Part shown: one piece after another, positions 23,880 to 37,619 of the stretch
Position numbering within the stretch: the first letter of the stretch is position 1
Layout of the letters: each line of letters starts with the position of its first letter
Assembly: GCA_028534125.1 (NCBI GenBank)
Contig: CM052816.1
Location: 25,794,001 to 25,858,000 of the forward strand
Length of the DNA stretch: 64,000 nt
Direction of reading: 5' to 3'
DNA from: Lama glama
Taxonomy: Eukaryota
The notes under the pieces: model-generated
The model's database searches: none
Told to the model about the DNA's origin: nothing
The model's input: the letters and a program-made list of their open reading frames with translations, nothing else
Translations under genes and position numbers: made by a program

Positions 23880-25030
23880 TTGGATTGGGAGTCAGGCGCA
23901 GGTCAGGTTGTGGAGGGCCTTGTAGGCCATGGTAGAGAGTCTGAATATGATGAGAAACATATGGAATTTTGAGCAAAGGAGTGACATGATGTGGTTCGTT
24001 TCTAAAAACTTGCCCTTGACTGCTGTGTGGAGAAATGACTAGAGAGAGAAGCAGGGAAATGAGTTACCGAGACTTTTTCACTTGTCCATGCGAGAGAGGA
24101 TAGACTCCTTGGTGGTCGTGGAGGTGGTCAGAAGTGCCCATTGTCTAAGATTGTGAGGACAGGACTTGGTTACAGAGTGGTGAGAGGATGAGAATTGAGG
24201 ACAATATCTAGGATTTTGGGGTGGTAAAATCAAGAGTTGCGACACACTTTTGATTTACCCCGCAGCTGTGAAGTGACGATGCCCGATTGAATGGCCAGTG
24301 CTGGAGGCACTGATTGGAGGAAGTGGGTATGTAGGTGGGCTCTAAAGTTGTGGGACCAGAAGAGGTCACCTAGAGTCCAGTTGGGGAAGATGGGGGCCCA
24401 GGGCTGAGCCACGGAGCATTAGGGGGAGCCAGCACTGCGTCCAGTGAGGAGGAAGAAAACTGAACCAGTCTGGTGTTTCTGGAAAGGAGTGAAGAAATTC
24501 TAGGAAGAAGAGTGTAATCGGATGTGTCAAATGATGCCAGGAAGTCAGGTTAAGGTGAGACTCAGAATTGATTCCTTCCTGACTTTGGAAAAAGGACTGT
24601 TGTTGGTGATCTTAACACAAGTGGTCCTGGCGTGAGGGGTGGGTGAGGGGAGTAGAAGTCTGACTGGAGGCTTGTATTTTGCATGGAAGGTGAGGACAAT
24701 GTTTAGCTTTTATGTAAGAGACATCATTCATTCAGGGAATATGTATCTATAGCTGTCATTTTTTAATGTCATTTTAATGTCGCCTGTTTGTATGCTGATG
24801 GGAATGATACCTGAGAGGGAAAGAAGCTCATCATTCCGGAGAGAGAGGGGATAAGGTGCCCTGGAGTAGGTGTGGACCTGGGGTGGGGAAGATCTGGTGC
24901 ACGGGTGCGTCTGTGGGCCTCTGAAGCTGGGGCAGGTCCCCCATTGTAGTAGGAAGAAAGTCAGAAGATGAGAACAGATAGCAGGGGGTGTTGGTAGGTT
25001 TTGTGGTGGAAAAATGAGCAAGTTTTCTTT
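23880..25030 (-). mobile_element. LINE-2 relic
   Basis: Antisense L2-type phrases GAGGGCCTTGTAGGCCATGGT, TTTTGAGCAAAGGAGTGACATGAT, CTGCTGTGTGGAGAA, GTGTCAAATGATGCCAGGAAGTCAGGTTAAGGTGAG. Purine-rich. Confidence 0.75.
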
Positions 25031-25207
25031 TTTATCTTGGGTGCCAGGGTAGCGTTGCTAAGTTTAGGGATTCTTTTTAATGCAGTTACTTCAGAGGGTG
25101 ATTCAGTGTTCATGCCTTCGTTCTCTGCCTTCTGCAGCTGAGAGAGCTTTGACTGTGTTCTGACAGTAGAACTGTTAGAAGCGGGGAGGTGGCCATGCGG
25201 GCCTCAG

Positions 25208-25770
25208 TTTATTCTTTCACTCATTCCTTCACTCAGCACGTATTTTTTGAACACGGATTATGTGCCAAGCACAGTCTGGGTCCCAGAGATACAGTCAACA
25301 GTCTCTGCTCTCCTGATGCTTATATATCTAATTCATTTGGGACAAATAAATACATTTTGCTTGGTGTTAAGTGCTGTCATGGAAAATCAAGGGAGGTGAT
25401 AGGGAGGGATGGTGGAAGAGTTTGTGTTTGTTTACATTGGAGGAGGGACCTGATATCCTGGGAGGAGAAGCCATTTGACCCCCTGGGGAGAGAACTTTCT
25501 AGACCAAGGGAACAGCCAGTGTCCAAGCCCTGAAGGAGGGAGAGTGTTTGGTGTGTTCTAGGAGACACCAGGGTTGCTGGAGCTGAATTGGGGCAGAGTG
25601 GGGGCCGGGGGAGGGGGCGAGCAAGGAGATGAAGCTCAAGAGGGCGCCTGAGGCCAGGCTCCCCGGAGCCGTGTGGAACCAAGTAAAACTCTGAGATGAG
25701 GAGGGATTGGGGTTGTGAGCAGGGCAGGGCCAGGCTGGGACTTAGGTGACAGAAGGTTCTCAGTGTGTGG
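25208..25770 (-). mobile_element. LINE-2 3' end relic
   Basis: CATTCCTTCACTCAGCACGTATTTTTTGAACAC...TATGTGCCAAGCACAGTCTGGG...AGATACAG matches the reverse L2 tail. Confidence 0.75.
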
Positions 25771-26005
25771 AAACCTGGCTCTGTTCCTCCAATCTTTTGA
25801 CTTCATTCTAGTTTCTAAGTGTTAGGGAGATGGAGAGGGTTATCTTGTGAATTTTATCAACGGATTTCAGGTGCAGGATCATAAATAGTAAGTTTTTTTT
25901 CCCCCCAGAGAGTGGACAGTATGGTCCCTTCCTCAGAAGACATTAAAAAGAGACTATTACTTTCCTCAGAGCGAATGATGACTGGATGTCTGTAGTTGTA
26001 CACGT

Positions 26006-26006
<1 letters not shown>

Positions 26007-26032
<26 letters not shown>
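26007..26032. repeat. (CA)13 microsatellite
   Basis: Read directly from the sequence. Confidence 0.95.
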
Positions 26033-26036
<4 letters not shown>

Positions 26037-26229
26037 CATATTAAATAGTCGATCACCACTAAAATGACTAACTACAGAAATTTAAAATGATCAGTCATAG
26101 TATAAATAGAAACGCTGCATTTTTTTCTCTTGCACCCCCTTAGGGCTCTTGTATATTCCCTGGGGGCTTAACACGCCTCCTGCTTTGGAGACTGATCTAG
26201 AGCCCTGAGAAACTAGTTGCATTATTAAA

Positions 26230-27140
26230 ATAGTTTTTATTTGACTTAAAATTTAAAAAGCAGTATATAAATTGATGAACTGTACGCAAATATTATATAA
26301 TGGAAGGTAGGTGGTTTTACTTCCCCCTTAGACTACTCCCCAGAGTCAACTCCTTTTAACAGTTTTGTATGTCTTTCTTGAAATAGTCTCCATATGTTCA
26401 AGCCTGTGTATTTATATATCTCGTCTCCTTATACAGATCAGAGCATATTAAAGAAACAGACCTGCACCTTGCTCTTTTCACAGAACTGTTGTCTTAGATA
26501 TCAGAGGTTTCCTTTCTACCTTTGATTCCACCACTTTTTTAACAGATTCTCTGCTGATAGCATTTAGGTGTTTTCTAGTCTTTTTCAGTTATAAAATGTT
26601 CTGGTAAATCTTATTTTGAATGCATTCAAAATTGTCTTCAAACTTGATTTCATCAGTTGCATTCCCATCAACAATGGAACCCGAAATGCCTACATTTGTA
26701 TGATTTAATACTGTGAATTCTAATTTTTTTGGTTGTAATCTGTGATAATCTATTAGTCCACTTTTACAATTTGCCCCTTTCATGTTTATAAGCTGTTGTG
26801 TCTCCTACATATTGACAGTTTATAACCTTGGACTGATTTTCTAGTGAGTTATTGGTCATTTCTCACTGATTTTAAAGTATTTCAGTTTACATTAATAAAT
26901 ACACTTTTTTTCATGTTTTGCAAATACTTTTCATGTACTTGCAGTTTTTCCCCACCCCTTCTGATTTATCTTTTGATGCTGTTTATGCTAATTTATTTCT
27001 TATATAAATATCTTAAATTGTGTAGTTTATAATTTTTTTTCCCTTTTATGGCTTCTGGGTTTTGTATTGGTGTAGAAAGACCTTTCTCCAAGATTATTAA
27101 AAAAATTTTTTTGTACTGTTTTTATGATAGTTGGCGATCT
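26230..27140 (-). mobile_element. Old LINE-1 (L1ME-like) relic
   Basis: T-rich antisense L1 phrases TTTTAACAGTTTTGTATGT, CATTTAGGTGTTTTCTAGTC, TTTTGCAAATACTTTT, CCCTTTTATGGCTTCTGGGTTTTGT. Confidence 0.65.
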
Positions 27141-27254
27141 TTATGGTTTTCAACTGGAAGATAAACATGATTTTTCATCTTTTTATGGCTTTGGGGGTTA
27201 TATTTCAGTATAAGTAATTTTCGATCCAAAATCCTTGAACCCTAGAATTGAAAG

Positions 27255-27400
27255 CAGTTTCTTAATCAGAGCTGGGCATCTGAATCACCTGAAGAGTGAT
27301 TACTTTTTTCCTTTCCCCAAATACCCAGCCCCAGAGCCCCTACCCATTTGAGGGGGGCTTCTTTGTGTGCATTTAGAAAAAGCTTCAGATAGCTCATTAG
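27255..27400. mobile_element. MER5-like hAT-Charlie MITE fragment
   Basis: CAGTTTCTTAA...GCATCTGAATCACCTGAAGAG...TGCATTTAGAAAAAGCTTC resembles the MER5 consensus. Confidence 0.5.
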
Positions 27401-29234
27401 AAGGTGTCTTTTTTTTTTTCTCTCCTCTTAAAGGCAGATGTTAGGAAGATTATTAGAATTTCCTGTGGTTGTTGCTGTTCTTGTAAGATTTGTTAATAGA
27501 AAAGTCACCACGGTATTGCTTTAAATATGGCTTCATCAAGTGTTTTACAGGTGGTTAGTTAGTGTACTTGGTCAGATGGGAGGTAGAGCAGGACGGACTA
27601 ATGGTTTGCAGCTCCAGCCCTAGGAGCATTTAGAGCCAGGTGAATGCTCTTACTAGTGTTTCTTAGACTCTGAGAACAAAGGCATTCCTGCACCATGAAC
27701 TGCTTAAATAGTAAAGAGGAGTCATGGCTTTGCTTAGTTAGCCATTTGGTTTAGGAGCATGAAGTTAATTGCAGTGGAGGCAGGAGGAACTGTTTGGGGA
27801 GTGTGTAAAGCAAGCAGATTGAGTATTATGACCGTGAGGTTGATCTCTGGAGGTCATCTCTGCTGGTCAGCTGGGCTTCAGAAAATTGCCAGCCTGCTCT
27901 CGCGCCGTCTCAGGCAGCAGAGCATAGCCACTGAGTCCTGCTGATGCTGGCCGCATGTGACCCTCAGGAGACTGTGTCCTGTGGCAGGCGCTTGACTGCA
28001 GTTCCTGCCTGGGTGGTGATCCAGGGGAGAAGCTCTGGAACTGAGGACTGAGGGACTGGCTCTCACTTGACGCTTGGGCGATGACTTCTCTATGACCCTG
28101 GGCAGAGTTTCTTTTTGGACCACTGTGTCTTAATTTCTTCTTGGACTAGTTTTTCTGAATGTCCTTTTCGTTTCACAATGAGTGTAATTCCCCCCACTCA
28201 TACTTACTGCACTGGAGACAGGTGTCTTTTACTTGCAGCGTTTCTGTTTTGTTGCTATTAGCTGCGGATGCACGTTCGCCCTGCCAGCCTGAAACCCTGG
28301 AGGAGGGCCTGGATGCCACTGGCCTCAGCACCTAGCACTGTGCCTGATTCTAGGAAATGCCCAGTAGCTGTTTGCTGACCTGGGTTCTCTCTTAGGGTTG
28401 CAGAGAGAGGATAGCCTCAAGCCAGACTCTGTTGGGTCCATATCTTCCATCTTTCTTCCGTGGAGAGATCACAGGCAAAACTGTTGCTGGAAATTATCTG
28501 GATTTTTGTGTATCTTGCATTTATGCAACATTTAAAATTCTTTAAAGCACCATCACCTGTATATAACTGGTTACATCCAACCTGCTTTCCTGGATCTGGT
28601 AGAGCGTGTCTGTTGAATTTTAAAGAGTAAAGGTAAAATGCCTTACCCAGAAGGGTTATGCTGTGTCAGAATAACAGATTGCAGTGGCATCCTGCTTGCT
28701 GGCAGATTTTTGTCTGATGATTTCTTTGTCACCCACAAAACCCTCAGGGACAAAATGGAAGGCTACTCCTAAAAAAAAAAAAGAGCCATTATTCAAGTGA
28801 GAGAGAAATGTCTATTGTAATTTACAGCCTACGTGTGACTTTGGAAAAATTGTTTAAACCAAATTAACAATCCTGTTTGGAAGGGGAAAAAAAGGCCAGT
28901 TCAGGATTTTGGAGTTTTGTGAGATCTAAGGAACTCAAGGATAAATTTGGTATATAATCATTGATTACAATCATATGTCATTAGTAGTCATAACTGTTGT
29001 TATATAGAAGAGTGGTTTGAGTTTTACTTTGAAGTTGCCCATTAAACTCAACATGTTATTAAAATATATTTTCCAAAAAAATACGCTTGCCAATATACAT
29101 TGAATAGGCGAAATATGTGTGTGTTGTGAAAGTCTTTTTCTCCTCTTCTGGTGTTGCTGCGTTAGGTAGCCAGTGCATGGTTCTGGTTCTTCTAGGGTCT
29201 CTGCTAAGGTGCTTTTTTTAAAAAACAGCAATGT

Positions 29235-29290
29235 ATTTTAGTGGAGGTCCTGGGGATTAAACCCAGGACCTTGTGCGTGTATTAGATGCA
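29235..29290 (-). mobile_element. Partial vic-1-like SINE
   Basis: TTAGTGGAGGTCCTGGGGATTAAACCCAGGACCTTGTGC is homologous to the copies at 21.5 and 22.8 kb. Confidence 0.7.
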
Positions 29291-32200
29291 TATATTAGAT
29301 CCTGTATTAGACATTATCAACAAAGCCTGGGAATAATTTCTTTCTGAGACCGCCCCCCTTCCCCCTAGTAAGTTTCCCAGGTGCAACGTTTACTCAGAAG
29401 GCTATTTCTTTTCTAATATCAAAGATGCAATCAGTAATTATTAGTCTTTGTACAAGGCCTAGCATATAGTTGCTGAAGAAATGTTAGTTGAATTCATTAA
29501 CACCTTAAATTATGTTTAAGGACTTCTAAAACCATACCCTGCAGATTTTTATGACAATCTTCGAAGGTCATCAGGGAACAGATTATTGTCCTGGTTTTGC
29601 AAGCAAAGAAACCGAAGTTTAGAACTAGGGCAGTGCCTTTACCTAAGCCAACGTGTGTTGAGTATGCGCTGTAATGAGAGACTCCTGCCCTTGACTTCAC
29701 CACTAGGTCAGTGCTTCTTAGGGCTATTCTGGGTAGTGATTTTATTGAGCATATATGGACTCTCTCTCCAGGGGGAAAAAAAAGGAAGAAGGAAGTGCAC
29801 CTATGTGCAAACACATGAACCTTTGCTTCTCTAATTACAGGATTTCTTAGACTTCACTAAGTCTTTGAACCCTAGGTAAAGAATTTTTGGTTCAACAATT
29901 GCTTGTCAGCAAGCCCTTGAGTTAAGCGACCTACTTAGGGGCCAAACAGCTTGACTACCTAGAAGCAACAGGAACACGATGCCTCTTGTTTCTCCCCTAA
30001 TGATTTTTCCCACTACCCCATGCTGATTTTGAAATGATCAACAGCAAATGAAATATTAGGAAAATATGCTAAACAGAAAGAAAGTTTTCTACAAATAAAA
30101 ATGCAAACAGATCTCTTAGTGGTGGAGGAAACCCAGGCGGTGCATTTTGTAGTAGGGCTTCGTATATTAGGGAGCCCGCGGGAACCCTTAGTTGCCAGCT
30201 GTTAGGTTTAACCTGATCATTTACAAAAATACAGCAGTCCTCGCTGGTGTGTATGTTAGAAACTGATAAAACCAAAATAAATGCTGTGCCCGTGGCATGT
30301 ATTTTTGCGAATGCTTTCTCTGTGTGGGTTGTGAGAGCTGGCTTAATTCTAATTGTAGAAATATCAGTGGGGTTTATATCTGTCTTCCTGAGGTAGTTGG
30401 AAAGAAGATACTTAATGCACTTAAGGTTAGTGACCACACATTTTGATTTTTGCTCTACATGGGAGAGAGCCGTGTTGATTTGAAGCTCATTAGTGTGCAG
30501 GTTAGTACTAGTCGCTTCTCTTAGTTAATTAAATGTTGGGGGGCGGTGGAAGTGGAAGAGTAATGTGAGGTTTTACCAAATTTCTGATTTTTGGAGGTAG
30601 AGACAAAGTCAATAGATTATGTCTACCATGCATCTTAATTTAAAAGTAATTCACTGATTCCATAATGCCTCCATTTGTTTCATTCCAGCATTTAAAAAAG
30701 GGACAGGAAGAAGGCTTGCCTGTCGTTCCTCACCAAATAGCAGTTTTGCAGACCCTTACAAGTTCCCATATGTTAGTGAAAAACATTTCCCAAGAAATTG
30801 GCAGCATTGGACTTTGTAGCTGATGCCAACTACTTCCTTGGGCCAATTCAACAGAGAGGAGAGGGGAAAAAATGCCTTGTTTTAGTGGCTGAATTACTCT
30901 GACAAGCTTTCACATCGCCCCTCCTCTTATTAATATTCTTTTTGATGTGAGCTTGTAAAACAGAGGATTGGCTGTTAATCTCCAAGATCTCAAGGGCTTT
31001 TGGCAGTGGCCCATAATTGATGTGTTCACATGGCTGTTGTCTGACTACTAATGATTAGACAGCAGTGTTATCTCCCAGCTCCATCAATGTTGCTTATAAA
31101 TCACACTTGATAAACTGCAGTTTCATTACTTCAAAGAATCCCAACGTGTCTCCGTACTTTGATAGAACTGCTGGAGGCGTCTCATGATTCCATGACAGCT
31201 TAGATTAGGTTTATTTTTCATTTCTGTTTGACAAAATATTAGACTTGCCAATGCACGTGAAAGAGAATTTTTTTGTTCCTCTAACAAGGTACTTGGAGAA
31301 TGATAGGCAGAGAAGGATTACCTGCTCTCGGTGGGCAGAGGTCCAGGTTGGGGTAGCAGGATGTATTTTTGCCTCTGCTACTCTGGCCCGGGTGAGATGG
31401 AGTGGGGCCATGCGGCTTGGGGCTGGGCCACTCCGAAAGAAGAAGGGAAGAGGAGGAAGTTCTCAGAGTGTGGGCCTGTGCTGACTGTGACATGGCTGGA
31501 GTCGGCCATCCAGAACTGTGAGGTTGCACTATAACTGTTCAGTCACAGTGTGTGCCGACCCCCTGCGTCACGGCATGACTCCACTCTGCAGAAGGGCGAG
31601 AAAAAGCCAGACGGTTTTACAGGAGGAAGAGGTAACAGCCACAGAAATTGTGTCTGTTGTCCCTGTTCATTGCCCATATGGAGACACTTCGGTGGCCACA
31701 CACACACACACCCAGAGTCCCCTCTTCGCCCAGAACCCTGGGCTCTGCAGAGATGAAAGTCGATTGCACGTTGCATACACACAAAGGGCTAAGGTTGGAC
31801 CCTCTGCTGAGTCTCGGGCCCTTTTTCTGTGATAAGTGCCCGTGTCCTTGAGCTAACTTTCCTCACCTCTAAAAAAAACAACAACAAAAAAAAACCCCAA
31901 AAAACTAATTTCTACCATCATTTTTGCATATCCTTGAGGGCTGTGTTCTTCTAGAGCCCCTTAAAATTCTTTTTGCTAATATTGGTTAATTAATCTTCAC
32001 TTACATCTTGAGATCAAATACTAGATTTCAAAGGAGTACTTATTTGTGATTTTAAGAACTGGGTTTCTTAAAAACGGGGTTTTAAAAACCCCATTGCTTT
32101 TAAGAGACATTTATATCGGTTTCAGATATGTCAGAGATTAACGATTTTATCAAACTGTATGATTTTTATTCAGAATAAAAGTATATGGCCAAGATTGGGA

Positions 32201-34029
32201 GTTAGAGGTTTTTTGTTAATAAATTGTTATACAGACTTACCAGAGTTCTAGTATGTAAGAATGTAGGTGAGCACATGTAACAGCAAAAACTACCTGAAAC
32301 AAATTCCCTCACCCCACCCCCTAAAACAAAACAAGAGTCCCGAAAGATCTCAATGCTTCGGGTTTATTATTAAAGATATTTAAAATTGTTGGTTAAAACA
32401 ACCACTTGAGAGATGTGCTTTTTATATACTGCTTGGTATTTTCCATACATAAAAATGTTTCTCTAGTTCAGCTTCTTTACTGGAGTCCTTACGTTTATAA
32501 GTATTAGTGTTGAAGAAAGCAGGTACTTAAAATGCTTATCTTAAAATGATTTGTGGTCAAAGGAAATGCCCTTTCTGGAAAATTAAACCAAACAATTTAA
32601 ATGTAAGTTGTTTTGGTTCTGGTTATTAGATGTTAATGCACTGTGGGAAAAATTCATGATTAACTGAGAGATGATAGTCTTTCAGGGATGTAAACGGATG
32701 CTTCATTTAGTTTTGATACATACAGGAACTGTTTTAGAGTTTCTCATGTAGCTGTGAAATATGGAAAAAAATCTATTCAGAGGAATTGAGTCTGTTTTTG
32801 ATTAAATAAAATATGTGTGCATATATAAGAGCTGGATGGTAATATTAAAAATAAAAATAATTGGAATATTTTAAAAGATTCTTTATACCATATTTAAATG
32901 ATTTTTGAAGTAGAATATGTATATTATCTATGAGTTTTGTGAAGCTTATTACCATTATGGCAAAAATAAGTATGCATTTTTTAATTTTAAAAAGATACCA
33001 GTTCTTCTTGACTGATGATTTAAGTCATAATTCAAATCAACTAGATTTAAATTTAGCTTAGTCTGATGCTCACTCACTTTGCAGGTGTTTAGCAACTAAC
33101 TGGAATTTACTGTGCTATTAAGGGAGTGCATAATAGAAATATACATTTTACTGTAAATATGAAAAGCTCCGTCACCCACCTGGTGCTTAGTTTGATGTTA
33201 GTATATAGAATGTGTCCTCCATCATTTGCTTTGTTTTTGCGCTACATCATACAAAAATTTCTTATTCATGGGTTACATATCCACTAAAAAGTTGTGGCCA
33301 CCTGTTTATTTTGGAGCTGATCTTTTATGGTTCTGTGTGAAGAGGATTTAGAGCGGGCATTCTCTGATAGCTACGAGATTGAGTGAACTGCCCTCCAAAA
33401 TTAGTCTTAGTAGTTTGTTATAGCCATCTAAAATCTGTTCTGAACTGAGACATGGTAAAATGACACATTCTGGAACTATGGAAGCTAAGATAGCGTGACC
33501 CTGCCTCCCATTCCCCCAATAGCCCTCACTCCTCTCCGACACTAAAGAGTAACTAAAATGGATTAGTGATGTGTGCTAGCATACATAGATGACCATACTT
33601 ATTTTTATTTATGTCTGTGCTTTCTTTTGAGACCTTTCACAGAGTTTCTTTGATTCTTGAAGTACCCCTACGGAATAGCTAAGGCCAGCCTTCTTAACGC
33701 CATTTTAGAAGATCCTGCTTTCACTCTGAGGTTTAGGATTCCTCCCAGAACACCAGTCTCTGGAAGAGAAAGAGTCATTGTGCCTCCCAAATAATATCAG
33801 ATCATATACCTGATTCTAAATAACTCACAGTGTTCAATTATAGATTCGTCTCCAGACATTTTGAAGTTTTTCATTTTTCATTTCATTTGAAAAACTATCC
33901 TCCGGTTTCCAGAGAGGGTTTTGAAGGTATTGGTTTAGCTACGTGACACATGGAACAAGTCCTGAAAACACTGCTGTTGAGGGTGGTGGAAACTGTGTAT
34001 GTGGGGATGACGGGGACCGCTCGCGTTGT

Positions 34030-34230
34030 CTGAGCACTTAATACGGGAGGGGGACAGTAAGGACTTTGGGTGATCTCATTTCACGTGTCTCTCACACTAA
34101 ATGCAAGTCAGTAGTATTACATACTAAGATCCCCAATTTATAGATGAGGAAACTGAGGCTTAGCAGAGCTAAGTGAAATTGTAAGACGATGCAGCTGGTA
34201 AGTAAATGATCTAAGAGTCAAACACAGAGA
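34030..34230 (-). mobile_element. MIR SINE
   Basis: Core CCCCAATTTATAGATGAGGAAACTGAGGCTTAG (~34130-34165). Confidence 0.85.
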
Positions 34231-34981
34231 CTTTATTTATGACATGATCTTATTCGGTTCAGAAGGGTTAGTGTGATGCTTGGCATGAGACCTTGACCTG
34301 TCTGTCCTGATGCTCTGTGGGAAGTAGCTTCTGGGACGGATGATCGCTTGATTCATTCCTAGTTCCCAGCCAAATGTGTTTGAGAGCAATAATTTCATCT
34401 CATTCATTCACATCAGAGGAAGTTAAGATAAAACATCTTGGTTTTCAAGATTTAAGATGTTACCAAAACCACATTGTAATTACATAGGATACTTTCAGTT
34501 CCTCTGTTCTTACAGGGATTGAGAGGTATAATTGATCAACAATGTTGTTATTTCAAAAAACTTCACTTGTGTGTAAGTTCTGTGCAGGCAGGGATCTTGG
34601 CTGTCTCGGTTATCATTATATTAGTGGCTAAGCTGTCGTAGTAAAGAGATGTTCAGTAAATATTTATTGAGTTTTAAAGTTATGACTACTCAAGTTCGAA
34701 TTGAAGTGTATACCTCTTGTGTCTCTTTTCTGTATTATGACTCCTCTGAGTTTTATTGGGAGAGTTCAGAGTAGTAGTACATTAAATTTTTCTTCTTTTT
34801 TCCTCATTCAGAAATGGATCTATGTGCTGGCTTCTTCTCATGCCTGTGCTTCTCCCTTCTTTTTTCCTGCTCTCTTCCAACCCCTCCTCCACCCCCCTCC
34901 CCCACCCCATAACATACATTAGAGTCAACTGGGGAACCTTAGTGAGCTATTGACAGTACAGGCATCTCCCATTAACCCGAC

Positions 34982-35379
34982 CAGGGGCCAGCACACACTT
35001 TTTCTGTAAAGGACTCATAGTAAATATTTTAACTTTCTGGGTCCAAATGCTAAATCTTGCATAATATGTAGGTACTTATATGATGAGGGAGAGAAAAGTC
35101 TCTACAGAGTTTTCTTTAATCGATGAAAATTAAAATCTAATAATAGTAATAGAGTCCAATTTGTTGGTAATACAGGTCTGCGAATGAGAAGAATGGAATT
35201 CTCTTTTTAGGGGTGAGTGATGGTATTATTTCACTTAATATGGACTCAAACTTAATGGTTGCTGACATTAAATTGATTGCAAAGTTTCATTTGTGAAAGA
35301 CATTCTTAGCTTGTGGACTGTACAAAAAAATTGGCAGCAGGTGGGATTTGGCCCACTGGCCTTTGTTTGCTGACCCTTG
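34982..35379. mobile_element. MER58-family hAT-Charlie MITE (MER58D-like)
   Basis: Starts CAGGGGCCAGCA...TTTTTCTGTAAAGG...TAGTAAATATTTT and ends GGATTTGGCCC...TTTGCTGACCCTTG. The ends are imperfect terminal inverted repeats. Confidence 0.85.
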
Positions 35380-36179
35380 AATTAGACTGTGGACTGAAGA
35401 CGTCCCAAGCAAGGCAGACTGCTTCTGATAATCTCCCTCTGTAAAGGCCCACTGCTTGGAGACTGGGAAGGGAAGGTGTTTGCATTGGGGGAGTTGGGAT
35501 TTGCAGGCGGGAGCAGAAACACAGGGAACAGGCGACATTCTTTGAAGGTACTTGAGAAGGAAGATGGAAGAGGAAGAGAGCAAGTTTATCCCTGTTCAGG
35601 GTCCATCAGTGATTCTCAAGGGGATGTGCCTTGGACCCTTCGGGACATCACTCTGGGAAGGGCAGGATGAGGTGGGGGCATCTGAAAAAGCATATTCAGG
35701 ATGCCCGCTGGTTTTGTGGTACAGCCTCCTGAAGTGAAATTCTCATTATCTTCTTTGGCTGTTGGTGACACACGCATTGCAGGAGCTGGCATTTGGGGGT
35801 GGAGTCTGGGTATCACGGATCAAGTCATCGAATGGAAAAGAGGTGGCTGCCGCCATGGTGTTGGGTCATTATTTCTTCACCTGATTTGAAAAAGAAAGTT
35901 CTGGGGAGGAGTTTGGGCCACATTAGGGGGCTACCAGCAGCTGTTAGGGTGAAATTAAGGACTAGCCCTTGAAAAGCAAGCAGTCATGGTCTCCTGGTAG
36001 GTAGAGGGGAGAGAGGGGCCCCGAGCCAGCTCCCCAAGGGTGGGCACCGTCTCCTCTTGACTTCTCTGTGGTGTTGGCCACCAGGCCTCCCAGACCACTG
36101 TGACCTTAGAGCCCGTCCCCTTTGGTTTCAATCACTCACCTCTCTCCTGGTTTGCTGTGACCTCAGCAGCCGTTCCTCC

Positions 36180-37050
36180 TCTCTTTCTGCCCCATCAGCG
36201 TTGGGTGAAGGGTTCTGCCCCTTCTCTGTATTTTTCACATTTTCCCTGAGCCATCCTGTCCTCTCTGCTGGCTTCACCACTTTCTCTCTGCCAGTGACTC
36301 CTCTCTAGTCTAGATAATTCTTTTGAGCTCCAGACAGTTCTGTCCATCTGTGTGCTGGATGTGGCCCCACCGTCCTCTGCCCATCCTCCCTCTGCCAGGG
36401 ACTGATGCCCATACTGACTAAAACAGACACCTGGGGCTGGTCTCTGAGTCTCCCCGCTTCCCCCGCCTTGCTGAGCACAGCCTCTCCTCCACCCCCACCG
36501 CAGCTGCTACCTCTCCCGTGGACAACTCTAGGGGCTTTCTAACTGCCCACCTTTCCTCCCCCAATTTCAGCCCCCACATGTCTCTTCTCCCCACGCTCCC
36601 TGTGTGCTTTTTACCAAATGAACTGTCGATCCTCTGGTGCCTCTCCTCAGCACTGTCTTCTACCTTGGCAGTAATCCCCCGGATTCTTTGCCTGACCTGG
36701 ACTCTGCCTGAGCTGTCTGTTTCTCCAGCCTTAAGCTTCCATCTTCTTCCTGACCCCCTACGCCTCCAGCCCCTTAACTGACTGTCTGGTCCAGAATGGC
36801 TTGACTCTGCCCGCGCCTCCTGCCCTTCCCCAGGCTCAGCCCTGCAGTTCCTTCAGATGTGTCTTGCATACTCCCCATCCCACCTGTTGGTGGTCCCACA
36901 GAGCCCTGGGCCTGACTGCCCACCCGAGCCCTGACCACACACACTGCTCTGCGGCCACTGCTAGTCTCCTGCAGCCTCGGGGCCCTCAGGGCACCTGGAG
37001 CAATGCTCAGCACGTTGTGGAACCTGGCAAAAACTTTTTAGATGAGGGAA
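36180..37050 (+). mobile_element. LINE-2 relic
   Basis: Pyrimidine-rich with L2 phrases TGAGCTCCAGAC, GGCTTTCTAACTG and the tail GGCACCTGGAGCAATGCTCAGCAC. Confidence 0.6.
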
Positions 37051-37619
37051 CAACTTCCCTGATGGTGAGGTGGCTTTAATCAGTAGTCCTGATAAAGAGG
37101 GGAGCATGGGGTCAATACACCATCTCCCTGTCACACAAACTAGGTCCTAAGATGACCTTGGTTTGTCCATTTCAGGACTTCTGCATGAGGGGTTGAAGGA
37201 ATAGTCCTGATCTTGTGCCTTCTCCCCTCTGCATTAGCATGTTTTCTTTTCTTCTCAAGTGGAATGGCTTGGCATCTTTTTATTAAAAATCAGTTTTTAA
37301 AACAACTATGAAAGTAGTACATGTTCATGAGAAAATTCATGCAGCACAGGGGCTATAAAGTGACGTTGGTTCCTTGCCCCCTGCATGTTTTTATATGGGT
37401 TACATTTCTGGAAGGATGCATAAGACACTGTTAGAAGAGAAGATCTCCGTGGGGAACGACCTATTGGCTTTTAAAGGCTGCTCTGTTCTCAGGAGGGAAG
37501 ATGGAAATCTGGGCCTGGGAGCAGCTTTTTTGTGGGGAAACTTTTGAGTTATGGTACAGGGCTTGATAGAGGACAGGGCAGCCCGCGCTGGGAGAGTCTG
37601 TGGCCTCTTGTTTTGCTCC

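Noticed and set aside
30900..31033. H/ACA snoRNA-like layout (hairpin, AAAACA at 30957, ACA at 31028)
   Set aside because: The second hairpin does not close properly before the ACA and no pseudouridylation pockets are evident. Kept only as generic structure pending an Rfam/snoReport search.
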